From the NCBI GenBank assembly GCA_013265495.1, contig MU058198.1:4104419-4168418 (forward strand): 64,000 nucleotides of DNA, written 5' to 3'. Under the pieces are notes generated by a model. The model worked only from the letters and a program-made list of their open reading frames with translations. It ran no database searches and was not told the DNA's origin. Origin of the DNA: Vicugna vicugna (Eukaryota). Positions 1 through 11,699 of this stretch are shown one piece after another. The first letter of the stretch is position 1, and every line of letters begins with the position of its first letter. Both the position numbers and the translations under genes were made by a program.

Positions 1-7
1 CTCCCTG

Positions 8-114
8 GGAACTATATTCAATATCTTGTAGTAACCTATGATGGAAAAGAATGTGAAAAGGAATATATATGTGTTTATATATATATAGTGCTTTCTTTTC
101 TTTTACATGAATGA

Positions 115-157
<43 letters not shown>

Positions 158-222
158 CAAGTCACTGTGCTGTACACCAGACACTAACCCAACATTGTAA
201 ATTGACTGCACAATAAAAAAAT
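8..222 (+). mobile_element. L1 LINE 3' end fragment (cetartiodactyl-type) containing a (TA)n tract
   Basis: GGGAACTATATTCAATATCTTGTAGTAACC...TGCTGTACACCAG...AACATTGTAAATTGACT plus A-rich tail; same 3' end seen at ~3950-4115 and ~12340-12507; (TA)n at ~119-152. Confidence 0.8.
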
Positions 223-329
223 TTTTTAATAAGTATTGTTTTGGGAAATTGGAGAGCAGATCCTTTTTGAGACAGGGCAGAATGTCTGAGCCTACCATGC
301 TTGAGAAATTAATTTGGATGAAATGTGCA

Positions 330-750
330 GCAGTCAGGGTCCCAGCAGGAAAGAGCAGGCACACTCAAAATAGGTAATTTAAGGAGCATGTAATAGAGAC
401 TCTTTCCAAAGGAGGGCAGGGTGTTGGAAAGCCGTAAGTAGCCTCAGGGACTAATGCCAGTGGGCTCTGTTGTCACCCCTAGACCTGAAGGAGGGACCAA
501 GGGGAAGGGTGACTACTGTAACCTGGAGACTGAGAAGCCCAGGTGGAGAGGGCCACCAGGCAGGAGCTGTGACCCTCAGGTACCACCACCCCCCAGGAGG
601 AAGCTGGAGATTAGATACCCCCAACTTTCTCCCCCAACCCCTGCCCTATCACTTTCTATGGCTTCCTACTGGTCAAAACCAATAGGAAGCCAGAGGGTAA
701 GGGATCTCTTTGAATGGTCCATGTGTTTGACCTCCCAAAGGCACAGGGTA
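330..750. mobile_element. old ERVL-class LTR remnant (LTR33/LTR16-like)
   Basis: CAGTCAGGGTCCCAGCAGGAAAGAGCAGGCACACTCAAA resembles the reverse-complemented terminus of old ERVL LTRs; family assignment from memory. Confidence 0.45.
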
Positions 751-756
751 TATGGT

Positions 757-928
757 ATACAGTAAGTGCTTAATAAGTGTGTCACTGAATTTAACCCTCA
801 TGGGAATCCTTTAAGGTGGGCACTTATATTCCAGTGGGGAAACTGAGGCTCAGAGAGACTAATTAACTTACCCAAGGTCACACATCTAGTTTTAGAGGGC
901 GCCCAGGCTGTGTGCTCTGAAGTGCTAT
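757..928 (+). repeat. L2 3' end + MIR composite, copy 1 of a local direct duplication
   Basis: L2-like tail CAGTAAGTGCTTAATAA joined to MIR core GGAAACTGAGGCTCAGAGA; aligns with 2155-2320. Confidence 0.75.
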
Positions 929-1589
929 GCAGCTTGGATCCGAGGGCAAGCAGACAGTGGTGACAATCAACATTTTGTCAGATAATAAAGTTCCCCAACA
1001 CAGGGTAGGATCCAAGGAACTGTGGTGGCCACAAATGACCCTCCTACAGCTTCTGAGACACGTGAGGCGGTCATAGCTCAGGTGAGATGCAGTGAAGAGT
1101 CCCGGCTCTAGCGGCAGGTCCAGCGCGGCCGGCATCCCCGGCGACACCAGCCTCAGCACTCAGGCGCACCCAGGAGAGGTGGCCGGGCTCAAACTGTCCA
1201 GGTTCAAGTCCTGGCCGTCACCTACCAGTTGTGTAAGTCTGGGCAAGTCCCAAGGATCTCTGTCCTGTTTCTTTGTGTGTAAAGTGAGGGTCATCCATCC
1301 AAGAACCTACCGTGGTGAGCACGTCCCGAGGGAACAAACACGGATGCCCCCACCTTGACACCAGCTTCAGCGCGAACTCGTGGGGAACTTGAGTGTTGCT
1401 TCCTGGCTTGGCTGCCCTTCAAGGATCCCAGTGCATGACCTTTCTGTCGTTACACTCTGCTCCCCAAAGCCCGAGGCGTCCTGTCCAGGGCAACTTCTTT
1501 CTATTCGGGTCAAACATTCAGTATTTTCTGCTCCGGGGGGCGGTCCTTCTTTGTCATCACTACTGAAGCCGCTGGCGCAGAGCCCTGCG

Positions 1590-1805
1590 GTCAACCTGGG
1601 TGTGGCTGCGTTCCAATAAAACTTTATTTGCAGACACTGAAATTTGAATTTCGTATAATGTTCACATGTCACAAAATAATCTCTTTTCAAATTCTTTTTC
1701 AATGACTTAAAAATGCAAAAGGCATTCTTAGTTGGCAGGCTGGTACAAAAACAAGCAGCTGGCCAGACCTGGCCCTCAGGCGGGAAGTGGCTAAGCTAAC
1801 CCCTG
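1590..1805. mobile_element. hAT-Charlie MITE, MER58B-like
   Basis: GTTCCAATAAAACTTTATTT...CACTGAAATTTGAATTTC...TACAAAAACAAGCAGCTGGCCAGA...ACCCCTG matches the remembered MER58B pattern. Confidence 0.65.
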
Positions 1806-2154
1806 GCCTAGGCCCCTTCCAGCAGGACAGACCCCTGACAGTGCACTGGACACCTGACTTCCTTCTGTAATCTCACAGAGTCAGGCCTGGGGCCAACCCC
1901 ACCTCTTCCAATTAGAGGTGAATCTACGGTGGGTACTCTGTGATCTAGCTTCTGGCCCTCTCCTCCACGCAGCTCGGAGCCCTTCTGGCTTTCTTCCAGT
2001 CCTTCCAAGAAGCCAACTCCTTCCTGCCTGGGGGGGCTCCCAGGGGCACGCTTCCCTCTGTCCTGAACTTGTCTGTCCATCAAAGCTGTGTGATCCTGGG
2101 AAGATCTCCGTCTTCCATCCCACTGTACTTTCAAGTCCCAACATAGTGTCTGAC

Positions 2155-2320
2155 ATACAGTAAGTGCTCAATAAATGTGCACTGAATTTAACCCCACAAC
2201 AACACTTCAAGGCAGATGCTTCTGTACCACTGGGGAAACTGAGGCTCAGAGACACTAATTAACTTGCTCAAGGCCACACTAGTTTCAGAGGCTCTTAAGA
2301 CCTGCGTCCTTAAGTGCTAT
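2155..2320 (+). repeat. L2 3' end + MIR composite, copy 2 of a local direct duplication
   Basis: aligns with 757-928 including the L2/MIR junction. Confidence 0.75.
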
Positions 2321-3946
2321 ACTCCATTGTGCAAGAACTCTCCAAGTGCCTCAAATTCTGGTGCCACTATCAACTATCTGGTAACCTTGGGGGAGTCATG
2401 GTGTCTCTGTGCCTCAGTTTCCTCATCAGTAAAATGGGTATGATAATAACACAATGCCTACCTCATTGGTTGCCATGAGGAGTGAGTGAGTTAATAGATC
2501 ATACCTGACACCCAGCAAAGAGCGTATAAATGTTAGTCCTTGTCGGCATGAAGCCCCCAGCTGTGAAGGAGACTGAGGCTTGGGGTCCAGACAGAAAAAT
2601 GGCTTCCTCCTTCAGCCCTGGGTCCCTGAGTGGGCTGGAGCCATCGCTCAGCCCTTGGTTCTGAGGGTCCCTGGAGGAGAGGCCACTGGTCTTTCATTTC
2701 TAGTGAAAACCAAGACTTCTCAGACTAGAAAGTGAGGCCACCCTGGCTTCGTGGGGGTTAAGTCCAACCAGAACGTGTTTATTTTCCCCTGTGTCTGGAA
2801 GGGCCTCTCTGGTCTCCATGGCAACGTGATTTCCTGTCCTGGTTTTCCCTTGGACGAGATACCTGCTGAATGCAGAGGCGCCTGGGCTAGAGCTTGGGGT
2901 GGAGGCCAGCCTTGAGGCAGGCCGCTTTCACTGCCTCCCCCACGCAGCCGAGTGGCCAGCCCGGCCAGGGCCCCTGTCACAAGAGCCTTTGTTTACCAGT
3001 CCAGACATCCAACTTCAGGGTGACGTCATGGAATCCAGCCCGGAATCCTTGTTACGCCCCATTTTCTTTCTTCCTTTTCAAGGGTTTTGTTTCTTCCTGA
3101 GCCCGAGGAGACAGAGGCTCACACACACATCCCCGGTTTCTCGAGACTGTTTCAAAACCCTCCTGCTCACAGGCCGTCCCCTGGGTCTGGGAACTTTATT
3201 GATGGTCATGCATTCATTCATGCATCGTTTCATTCATTCATCAAACATTTGCATCCGGGATTAAATGCCAAAACTGTGCTGGAGCCGAAGAAACGGAGGG
3301 GACCAGGTCGGGTCTTTGGTCTTGAGGACTGGAGAATGGAGACAGAAGTGGAGCTAACCAAACACTGCACAATATGGTGCCTCCACAGGGGCCTCCTTGG
3401 GGCTGGTGTGGATTATGATGGGAAGAAGCGCTGTCTCTGCTACCTGCCTGCTTGCAGGTTCAGCTCCTAAACTCCGTGCCCTTAGGCAAATCTTAGCCTG
3501 CGCCTCAGTCTTCTCATCTGTGAAATGGGGATGACACTGGGACCCACTTGAGGGCACTAGCTAGCATGGTGTTTAGGAGTCCGAAGGACTGATGGGTTCA
3601 GGCCTCAGCTCTACCCCTTACTAGCTCTGTGTCCTGGGGCATGCGACTTATGCTTTCTGTTAAATTGGGATGGTCCTGGTGCCTACTGCACAGAGCTGTG
3701 GGGTTGACTTAGGTGAACACATGCTCTTAGACCTTGTTGTGTTACTGCCACCAGCTCAGGGAACCCTGGGAGCCCAGAGGAGGGAGATACTGGGTTCCCT
3801 GGAGAATAAAGGGATAGCAATTAGAGAGACCTTCCCAGAGGAGGTAGCATCTAGCTAATTAGATATTCAATGTCTACACCGTCAGCCCTCAGTATCCAGC
3901 TTCAACATATGCGGATTCAACCAAGTGCAGATCGAAAATATTCAGG

Positions 3947-4120
3947 AACAAGGACCTACCATATAGCACAGGGAACTATATTCAATTCCTTGTAATAGAA
4001 AAGAAACTGAAAAAAATGTGTATATGTATGTATGTATGTAACCAAAACACTTTGTTGTACACATGATTAACATTATAAATCAACGACCCTTTGATTAAAA
4101 AAAATAATAAAAAAAATTAA
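3947..4120 (+). mobile_element. short L1 3' end inserted in the Tigger element
   Basis: AACAAGGACCTACCATATAGCACAGGGAACTATATTCAA... followed by an A-rich tail. Confidence 0.75.
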
Positions 4121-4800
4121 AGAGAAAAAATTGGGGGGAAAATTTTTCCAGAAAGTTCCAAAAAGCAGCACTTGAATTTACCACCAACTGAGCACTACGT
4201 TGAATCCATGTGAACGCGGTGATGGGTCGGCAGGCCCTGCTGTAACCAACCTCCCGCCGTTCAGGGATCCTCAGTGTCTCTCCAGCGCCGGCTGTTTGAG
4301 CATTGTTCACCGTGCCTCTCACTCCTTGGGTCCTTGTGTTGTGTGCGCTCTTTGTTTTTGTAAAAAAGTGGCTCCTAAAGAGCCATTAAGTGGTCAAAGC
4401 AACCCCTCAAAGGCTAAGAGGGAGCATAAAGTGCTGTCTCTCAACAGGAAAGTAAAACTCTGAATCTTTGGAAAAGTGGCCTGTCACTTGCCAACGTGGG
4501 CACAAGAAAGCAGAAGGAAGCTGCAGCGTCAGCACTGCCCCGACAATGGCCAAATGGTCTCTCCAGTTCATGATAAAGTGCTTGCAAAGACAGAACGCAT
4601 AAAGTGTGTGGCTAGGGGACCTGTCACTGAAACATGTCCCTACTGATGGCAAAATTATGTGTGAGAAAGTACCTGACCTCTGAGAACACTACTGGGAGAG
4701 GGTGGAGGAGACAGAGAGGAAGGAGTTCAAGGCTAGTAAGGGACGGCTGGCTAGCTCTGTGAAGTGCTACAACCTCAAGAACTTAAAGAGCAGGGAGGTC

Positions 4801-4870
4801 AGGGAACGGGTAATCTCAGTGGTAGCGCATGTGCTGGATTCAGTCTCCAGTACCTCCATTATAAAAAAGT
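4801..4870 (+). mobile_element. truncated tRNA-derived SINE inside the transposase remnant
   Basis: CTCAGTGGTAG...TGGATTCAGTCTCCAGTACCTCCATT plus A tail, a shortened form of the SINE at 17759. Confidence 0.55.
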
Positions 4871-5375
4871 AATCAAGGGGCGTTATCAGTGTTCCTAGAA
4901 GAGCTCAAGAAACTTGTAGATGAGGAAGGCTATCTTCCAGAGCAAGTCTTCAACTGGGATGAAACAGGCTTGTTCTGGAAGAAGATGCCCACCCAATGGT
5001 ACCTACATCCATAAGAGTGCCACACATCCAGAGGTGATTTAAAGTACAGGGGAGGATGTGTGTAGGTAGGTTATAGAAAAAAGACTATGCCATTTTATAT
5101 AGAGGACTTGATCAGTCATGAATTTTGGTGTCTGCGGGGGTGTAGGGGGAGACTGGAACCAATCCCCTGCAGATACCAAGGGACGTCTATTATCTCCCCA
5201 TACTTCCTTGAGGTCAGGGGTCATATCTGCATTATTGCGTCATCTCATTCCCACCTCCTAGCACAGATCATGGAGTAGGAGATCAAAGAATGTGTGAATG
5301 GTTGAATGACTAACAGATAAACCCAAGCTCTTTATCATGGCATTCAAGACCTTTTATAATTTGACTAAGACCCAC

Positions 5376-6130
5376 TGTGATGGTTAATTCAACTTGGCTG
5401 GGCCAAAGGGTGCCCAGATATTTGATTAAACATTATTTCTGAGTGGCATGTGTCTGTGAGGGTGTTTCTGCTTATGGGTTGCCCACCTCAGGGTTATGGA
5501 CCTGATTATATCACGAGCGTGCCCCTCCTATCGTCCCACTGTGGTTCCTTCTTTATGTCTCCAGTTGAAGAAGATGTTTTTTGGTAGGTTCCCATCTTTT
5601 TTATTGATGGTTCTTGACCAGTCAGTTGTGGCTTTGCTGTGTTTGTGAGAGGAGACAAGTTCATGGTCCTATTACTCTGCCATCTTGACCAGACATCCTA
5701 TGAGGGTGTTTTTGGATGAGATTAAAATTTGAATCAGTAGACTTGAGTAAAACACGTTGCTTTCCCCAGTGTGGGCGGGCCTCATCTAATCTGCTGAAGC
5801 CTGAATAGAATAAAAGGCTGAGTAAGAAAGAATTCTCTCTCTCTCTGCCTGTGTTCGTTTTGTTTTTGTTTTTGTTTTTGTTTTTTTGCCTGACTGTTTT
5901 TGAGCTGGGACATCAGCCTTCTGCCTTCAGACTCAGAATCAGGTTGGCACTCACACCATCATATTTCTTGGTTCTCAGACTTTGGCCTTGGACTAAAACA
6001 ACATCATTGGCTCTCCTAGGTCTGGACTTCTCAGCCTTCATAAGCATGTGAACCAATTCTTTATAAAAAAAAATCTCTTTCTATACACATCCTATTAGTT
6101 CTGCTTCTCTGGAGAACCCTAACAATCTCA
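5376..6130 (+). mobile_element. MLT2-type (ERVL) solo LTR, interrupted by an L1 5' fragment
   Basis: Starts TGTGATGGTTAATT...CAACTTGGCTGGGCC and ends CCTATTAGTTCTGCTTCTCTGGAGAACCCTAAC, typical MLT2 termini. Confidence 0.8.
5471..5697 (-). mobile_element. L1 5'UTR start fragment with target-site duplication
   Basis: Minus strand begins GTCAAGATGGCAGAGTA (YY1-type L1 5' motif); flanked by a 17-bp 15/17 direct repeat at 5454-5470 and 5698-5714. Confidence 0.6.
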
Positions 6131-6361
6131 CTTGGTCTAATTTCTGGAAATTCTTCCCAGCTCTACCACCCTAGGCTCTAATTGTAATAAACCTTAAGGA
6201 GTCTTGGCTTTCTAAGCTGTTCCAACTTTCTTGGACATCTTTCTTTTCCTCTCTAGCAGATGAAACTCTATGCATTCACTTATTTATTTACTCATATTTA
6301 TTCAAAATAAACACCTGTGATAATTAAAGGAATATAGGGTACAGAATGCTAGGAGGTAAAT

Positions 6362-6935
6362 TGTGTTATCCTCTCAACATCCTCCCCACCTCCTTACCAC
6401 CATTCAGAAGCCACTGGAGGCATTGACCCTAGGTCCTGGGAAGCAGGAAAAGGGAGGAGCCTGACTGATAGAAACCAGTTTTGATGTTCCATCCTCCATG
6501 TCGGTGATTGATTCAGAAATCCAGACCAAGGTCAAGCCAGGCATAGCTTTCTCCTAGAGGCGGGAACTGGTTTAAGAATGGAAAATGACCCAACCTAGTC
6601 CAGTGAGGCCCAGAGGGAAGTTATACAAGGACTTACGACACTTGAGAGAGAGCCCCGAGATACATTGGTCTCCCCTCTTCTGGACGTCATTGAGTGAAGA
6701 AGTAAGGCCAGCACTGAAGCTGCTTTCTCTCCACAAGCCTGTGAATGAAACCTATGTAGGGTTGAGCCAAGGAAGGCCAGTGGAGCAGGGCCCCTAGGTC
6801 AAATCAGACCCGGAGGCTACTCCATATCTGGACTCTTTATTGGATTCAGTTCATTTCCACACGTTAAAGCCAGTGGAAGGGATGTTTTCTGTTTTTTTAA
6901 AAAAAAAAAATCCAGGAGCATCCTAACTGGTGTCA
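6362..6935 (+). mobile_element. old ERVL LTR remnant (LTR16-like)
   Basis: 3' end TTAAAGCCAGT...GTTTTCTGTT...AGCATCCTAACTG resembles an LTR16-family terminus. Confidence 0.4.
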
Positions 6936-7021
6936 ACATGGAACATGGGGATCAAGCCATCAAGAGGCAACACAGATTCTTCCGGAGAAGAGTGACAAGA
7001 CCAGGTCCAACGCTTGAGAAG

Positions 7022-7038
7022 GAGCCCTCTGGTGGCAG
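7022..7038 (-). promoter_or_regulatory. candidate CTCF binding site
   Basis: Minus strand CTGCCACCAGAGGGCTC closely matches the CTCF core CCACCAG(A/G)GGGCGC; motif only. Confidence 0.5.
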
Positions 7039-9276
7039 TGAGAAAAGCGAGCAGGATGTGAGACTAAAGGCAGGACCATGCTCTCAAGATGTCTGGTGTG
7101 GACATGGATCAAGGACACATTGAAGGAGACACGTAAGACAGGAGACGAAAATGTGTACATTGACAAGAATTATTCTTCAGACTCCACAAATGCTCTGAGA
7201 CTGTGGGACCACGTGCCGATCTGGAGAAAATTTAGGAATATTCATTAGAGCGTCCGACATATTTTTGGGAGCTCCTATGTGCCAGCGCGGTGGGAGCTGC
7301 TGGGGATACAGCAATGAACAAGGTGGACACAAATCGTTCTTCTTTTAGAGCTGGCATCTTAGGGAGGGATAGCCGATAAACGAAATGAATAAGAACACAT
7401 GAAGTTGGTTACATAGTGACACATGCTACGAAGAAAAAAATTGGTAAAGCGAAAAGAAATAAGGAGTGTCAGAAAGGGAATTTATTAATCCAGAATTTCC
7501 CAGTCCATGGTCTTCAAATGCGAGGTTTTCCTCAACAGAAAGCTTCAAGGAATGGTAACTTTCTGTATTATTTTGTGGCTGGCTAGGCGCAGAAACATCT
7601 TTCCCAGATGAAATAATCCTAACATTTAGAAAAGAAAAGAAAAAGTAATAATAACCCTCACCTTTGTTGTGTGCCTACTGTGTGAAAACCAAAAGCATTG
7701 TTCCAGTGTGTTCACAAATATTATTTTATGTCATCTCCATTTTATAGATAAGAGAACCAAAAGCGAGTGATGTGCAGTAAGCCACCCAAGATGGCACAGT
7801 GGCACATGCTCCGAACCTGGGTCCATTCAGCACAGAGTCCGCTGTTTTGCGTTTTGACTGTGTGATGCTAACTCTGCGGGGTGCCTCCTCTTAATCCCAA
7901 ATTCGTGTTTCTCGGCAGCTACAATTAGTCGTGTTAGACAAGACAACCGAACAGAAAATGAATTCATTATGAAGGCTATGTTTGATGAGATAAAGGAAAT
8001 TTTCAAATGGGTTCCGTGAGAGGAAATGTCCAGGTCTCTGGAGGGTAAAGATGGTTAAGCCTGCCGTCCAGACCTGGGTAGCCTTTTCACCAATATTCTG
8101 GATTTTCTCTCACTTCATACCCTCATATCTCCTCCTTTGGTTTCCAAGTTTCTAATCTCTAGGGGCTGCCTGGAGTTTGTTGGAGATCTGGAATAGACCC
8201 AGAAAGGTGAAGATCTTTGGTGTTTGGAGCAGAGACTCAACCAGATTTCAAAGCATGTTCTCCCTGTCCATTTCTCAAACAAACAAACAAAAACTCCATG
8301 TAGTTATGGAAACCACCTGTAAAAGACCCAAAGGGAAAAAAGCAAAGGAAAGGATGCTCTGTGGATACCCTTACTTGGGGCTACTTGGCCCCTCTCCCAC
8401 CCACTTTTTTTTTTCAATATCAAGTTAACTTGTTAGAAAATTGTACACGTAAGATGTGAATATCTTCTCCTTAAAACAATTAAAATGTAACAGGTAAGAA
8501 TAGTTGCTGCTGCCAAGCCCAGACTCCCCTTCCCTGCCCCCTGTTCAGTGTGTTTGGAGTATATCCTCCCAGACATTTTTCTAAATGTTTCTTTTTTCTA
8601 CAGAATCTACACGTTGTTGCTGTCTGGGTGCCTTTTTGAAAAATAATGATAAATGATGTCATACTGTACAAGTAATTCTGAAATTCTCACTCTTTATTTA
8701 AAAGATAATCGACCTTAGGCATCTTACGTCCCACCAGGAACTGTTAGTGAAAACTGTGGGAGGAAAACTAATTTATCGTGGTTCAAGTAGGGGCCAGACA
8801 CTGCACTAAACAGTTCATGACAGATCCTTGAGGTCTCAAATTTGAGCCAAAGCTGTATTTACCCTAGGGTAAACTGGCTAATACGTTCCCAACTGCAATA
8901 TATTTTAAATAATAGTATAATAGTAATAATTTGAAAAATAACCATAATAAACACATTCACTATAGCCAGATAATTTAGAGAGCTCTTAGTTGATCATTTG
9001 TTCCCAGTGGATTTTTTCCCTCCCTTGCTCCAAGAAGGAAACCAGACTTTGTGTTCTCTCACTTGAAAGGGGTTGGTTGATAAGGAAGAAAGCAAGCGTA
9101 ACCTCAAAAGAGCCCCCATCTCTGGCTTTGTTCTTCAAAATACTATTTGTTGCAGGATTGATGTGGGGTCATCTCTGAGAACAAGGGGAAGAAGGCAAGA
9201 ATCTTAGGTGGAGGGGAGGCAGAGCAATGAATGCCCAGGGGAACAGAATTATCCCCAGGACTAGAAATGAGCCAGA

Positions 9277-9410
9277 GGGGACAGGGTGGAGCTCAGTGGC
9301 AGAGCGTATGCTTAGCATGCACAAGGTCCTGGGTTCAATCCCATGTACCTCCATAATAAATAAATCATAAAAACCTAATGACCTCCCCCCCAAAAATTTT
9401 TTTTAGAAAA
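9277..9410 (+). mobile_element. tRNA-Ala-derived SINE (camelid vic-1-like)
   Basis: A box AGCTCAGTGG, B box GGTTCAATCC, CTTAGCATG anticodon region, tail AAACCTAATGACCTCCCCC; AGAAATGAG repeated on both flanks. Confidence 0.85.
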
Positions 9411-10689
9411 AGAAATGAGGCTGAGACTGGCATGTCTCCATCCATGTCCCACCTCTTACCACACCCTGGGAAGGTGGCCATTTGGACAGTGGGCCTGGGG
9501 CTCTCGGCTTAGCCAGGGCCCCTTTGTCCAAGCTCCACACAACAGCAGCCAGGCCACTTATCTTTAAAAGCCCAGCACAGGGACTCAGACAATGGTGCTA
9601 AGTCAGTGATCCAAGAGCAAGGCCTGAGAGCGCTCCCAGGACCGTCGCCTCTAACACAAACAGCTGAGCTGAAACTTCCAGCCGCTCCAGTGAGCTTGAA
9701 GCTCCCAGGGCTTCAATTAGATTTAGAAAAAAAGCCACAAAGCACTTGACTTTCCTTGCACCTGAATGTGCTGGGGCCTCTCATTTAATTCCCCCATGAG
9801 GGTGTTTCTGTTTCCCCACCTTTGCAGCTGAAGAAACAGGCATTTGGAAGTAATGTCAAGCAGTTAGCAAGTGATGGGAGAGTTTGCTGCTAGAGCCCAT
9901 GCATGCAGCCATCCTCAGTGACAGTGCCTGCTTGTGTTAGCTACGGTGCTTCCAATCTGCAAGTCACAGAAGACCAGTGCAAACTAGCTTTACTGAAGGA
10001 AGGAAACTTGTTGCGTCGGCAAATGAAACAGCAAGCGTGCTTTACGTAGGCTGTAAACGTTGCGACTTTTCTTTCTCCATTTCTCCGTTCCATCTCCTCC
10101 TAGTTGGCTGTGTTTTCAGTTAAGCTCACCTCCTTGTGACTTCAAGAGGGAAGCTTCTGGAGATATGGCCGTCCTTGTGGACATTCAGCCTGGAAAGGCA
10201 AGTCTGCTTCTCCAGTTTTTCAGGCAGAAGCACTGGGCTGAGTCTCTTGAGCACTGATGGTTGTTTTAGCTCTGATGATGGGTTTAACTGGTAAGGCTTG
10301 GGGGCTAAAATGAAAATCTCTCCATGCCCCTGAAACACTCTCTCCTAACCCTCCAAGTGCCACAATCCCTGAGAGGCCATCAAGGAGACATTCCCCGAGA
10401 ACTCCCCTGTTAACATGCCCAGATGTCCCCAAGGAAGGCGGTTGGCTCATCAGATTGGCTGCCTGTCAAGTGGTAATGGCAGCCAAGGGGTGAGGGAGAC
10501 ATGGGAGGTACAGCAGATCTCAGAGGGACTCTCAATCTGCTGACTTTAGCTCTGATGATTGACTTGCTATGATAGCACCCAAAACGCTAAAGATTTATAA
10601 ATATTTTTTTTTAAATCCAGCATTGAATAGAAATAAAGGGTAGGTAAGGACATAGTCACCCATATCTCAGCAAACGATTGGTCACCTGA

Positions 10690-11685
10690 GGTGGGGAGGG
10701 TGGAGGGATGGACGGGAAGGTACAAACTTACAGTTATAAAATAAATCAGTCAAGGTTATGTAATATGGGAATATATAACATGGGAAATCACATAAGGTAT
10801 TTTATCAAAAACAGAATGACTTTGGTGACAAAAATGGTAACTAGACTTTTCATGGTGGTGATTATGTAACATGTAAAAATATAGGATCGCTAGGTTGTAC
10901 AACTAAAGCTAATATAATACTGTAAGTCAATTATAATTTAGTTTTTTAAAAACCCACCTTATACCTGCTAGGTTGGATAATTCAAAAGGCTAGACAATAA
11001 TAAATATTGACAAGAAAGTAGAAAAAATGGAACAGTCAGACATTGCTGCTGGGGTCGCATAATGCTGCAGCCACTTTGGAAGTAGCTGCATGATTCCTCA
11101 AAATATTAGACGTAGCAAGAATTACCATGTGATCTTAGCAATTCCCCTCTTAGCAATCCCACGTGAGATTACTGAAAACCTATGTTTTCAGCACAAAAAC
11201 CTGTACCTAAATGTTCATAGCAGTGTCATTCATAAAAGCCAAAACCTAGACCCAATCCAAATGTCCATCAACTGGTAAATGTAAAAAAGAATATATCCGC
11301 ACAATGGAATATTATTCAGTCACAAAAAAGACTAGAGCAGTGACACATGCTACAACATGGATGAATCTGGAAAACATGCTAAGTGAAAGGAGCCTGTCAC
11401 AAAAGGCCATGTGTTGTATAATCCCAATTATGCGAAATATCCAGAATAGGCAAATCTGTGGAAACAAAAAGTAGATTAGTGGTCACCAGAGCCTGGGGGA
11501 AGGGGAGTAAGGAGTGACTGCTAATGGATGTGGAGTTTCTTTTGGGGGCAATGAAAATATTTGAAAATTGATAGTGGTGATGGTTGCATAACCCTGTCAC
11601 TAGAGTGAAGACCATTGAATTATACACTTTAACAGGATGAATGTTACAGTATGTGAATTATATCTCAATAAAGTTATTATTCTTT
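10690..11685 (+). mobile_element. old L1M 3' fragments (ORF2 end and 3'UTR; L1MA/L1MB-like)
   Basis: CCAAATGTCCATCAACTG, ACATGCTACAACATGGATGAATCT, and terminal GTATGTGAATTATATCTCAATAAAG. Confidence 0.85.
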
Positions 11686-11699
11686 TTAAAAAAGGATTT

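Larger units (their letters stand above)
3877..5189 (+). mobile_element. TcMar-Tigger DNA transposon, internally deleted, with MER2/MER2B-like termini and decayed transposase
   Basis: Imperfect terminal inverted repeats (GTCAGCCCTCAGTATC ... GATACCAAGGGACGTCT). Translated remnants KAKREHKVLSLNRKVKL, VWLGDLSLKHVPTDGKIMCEK, FKASKG and GYLPEQVFNWDETGLFWKKMP are pogo/Tigger/CENP-B HTH and DDE motifs, broken by stops and frameshifts. Confidence 0.85.

Noticed and set aside
4200..4990. Functional or domesticated transposase (TIGD-like gene)
   Set aside because: Stops, frameshifts, a SINE insertion and deletion of most of the catalytic domain
9277..9352. tRNA-Ala(AGC)-like genes (also 17759, 20200, 37110, 48815)
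   Set aside because: Each has a shared non-tRNA tail, an A-rich end, TSDs and stem mismatches, so they are SINEs
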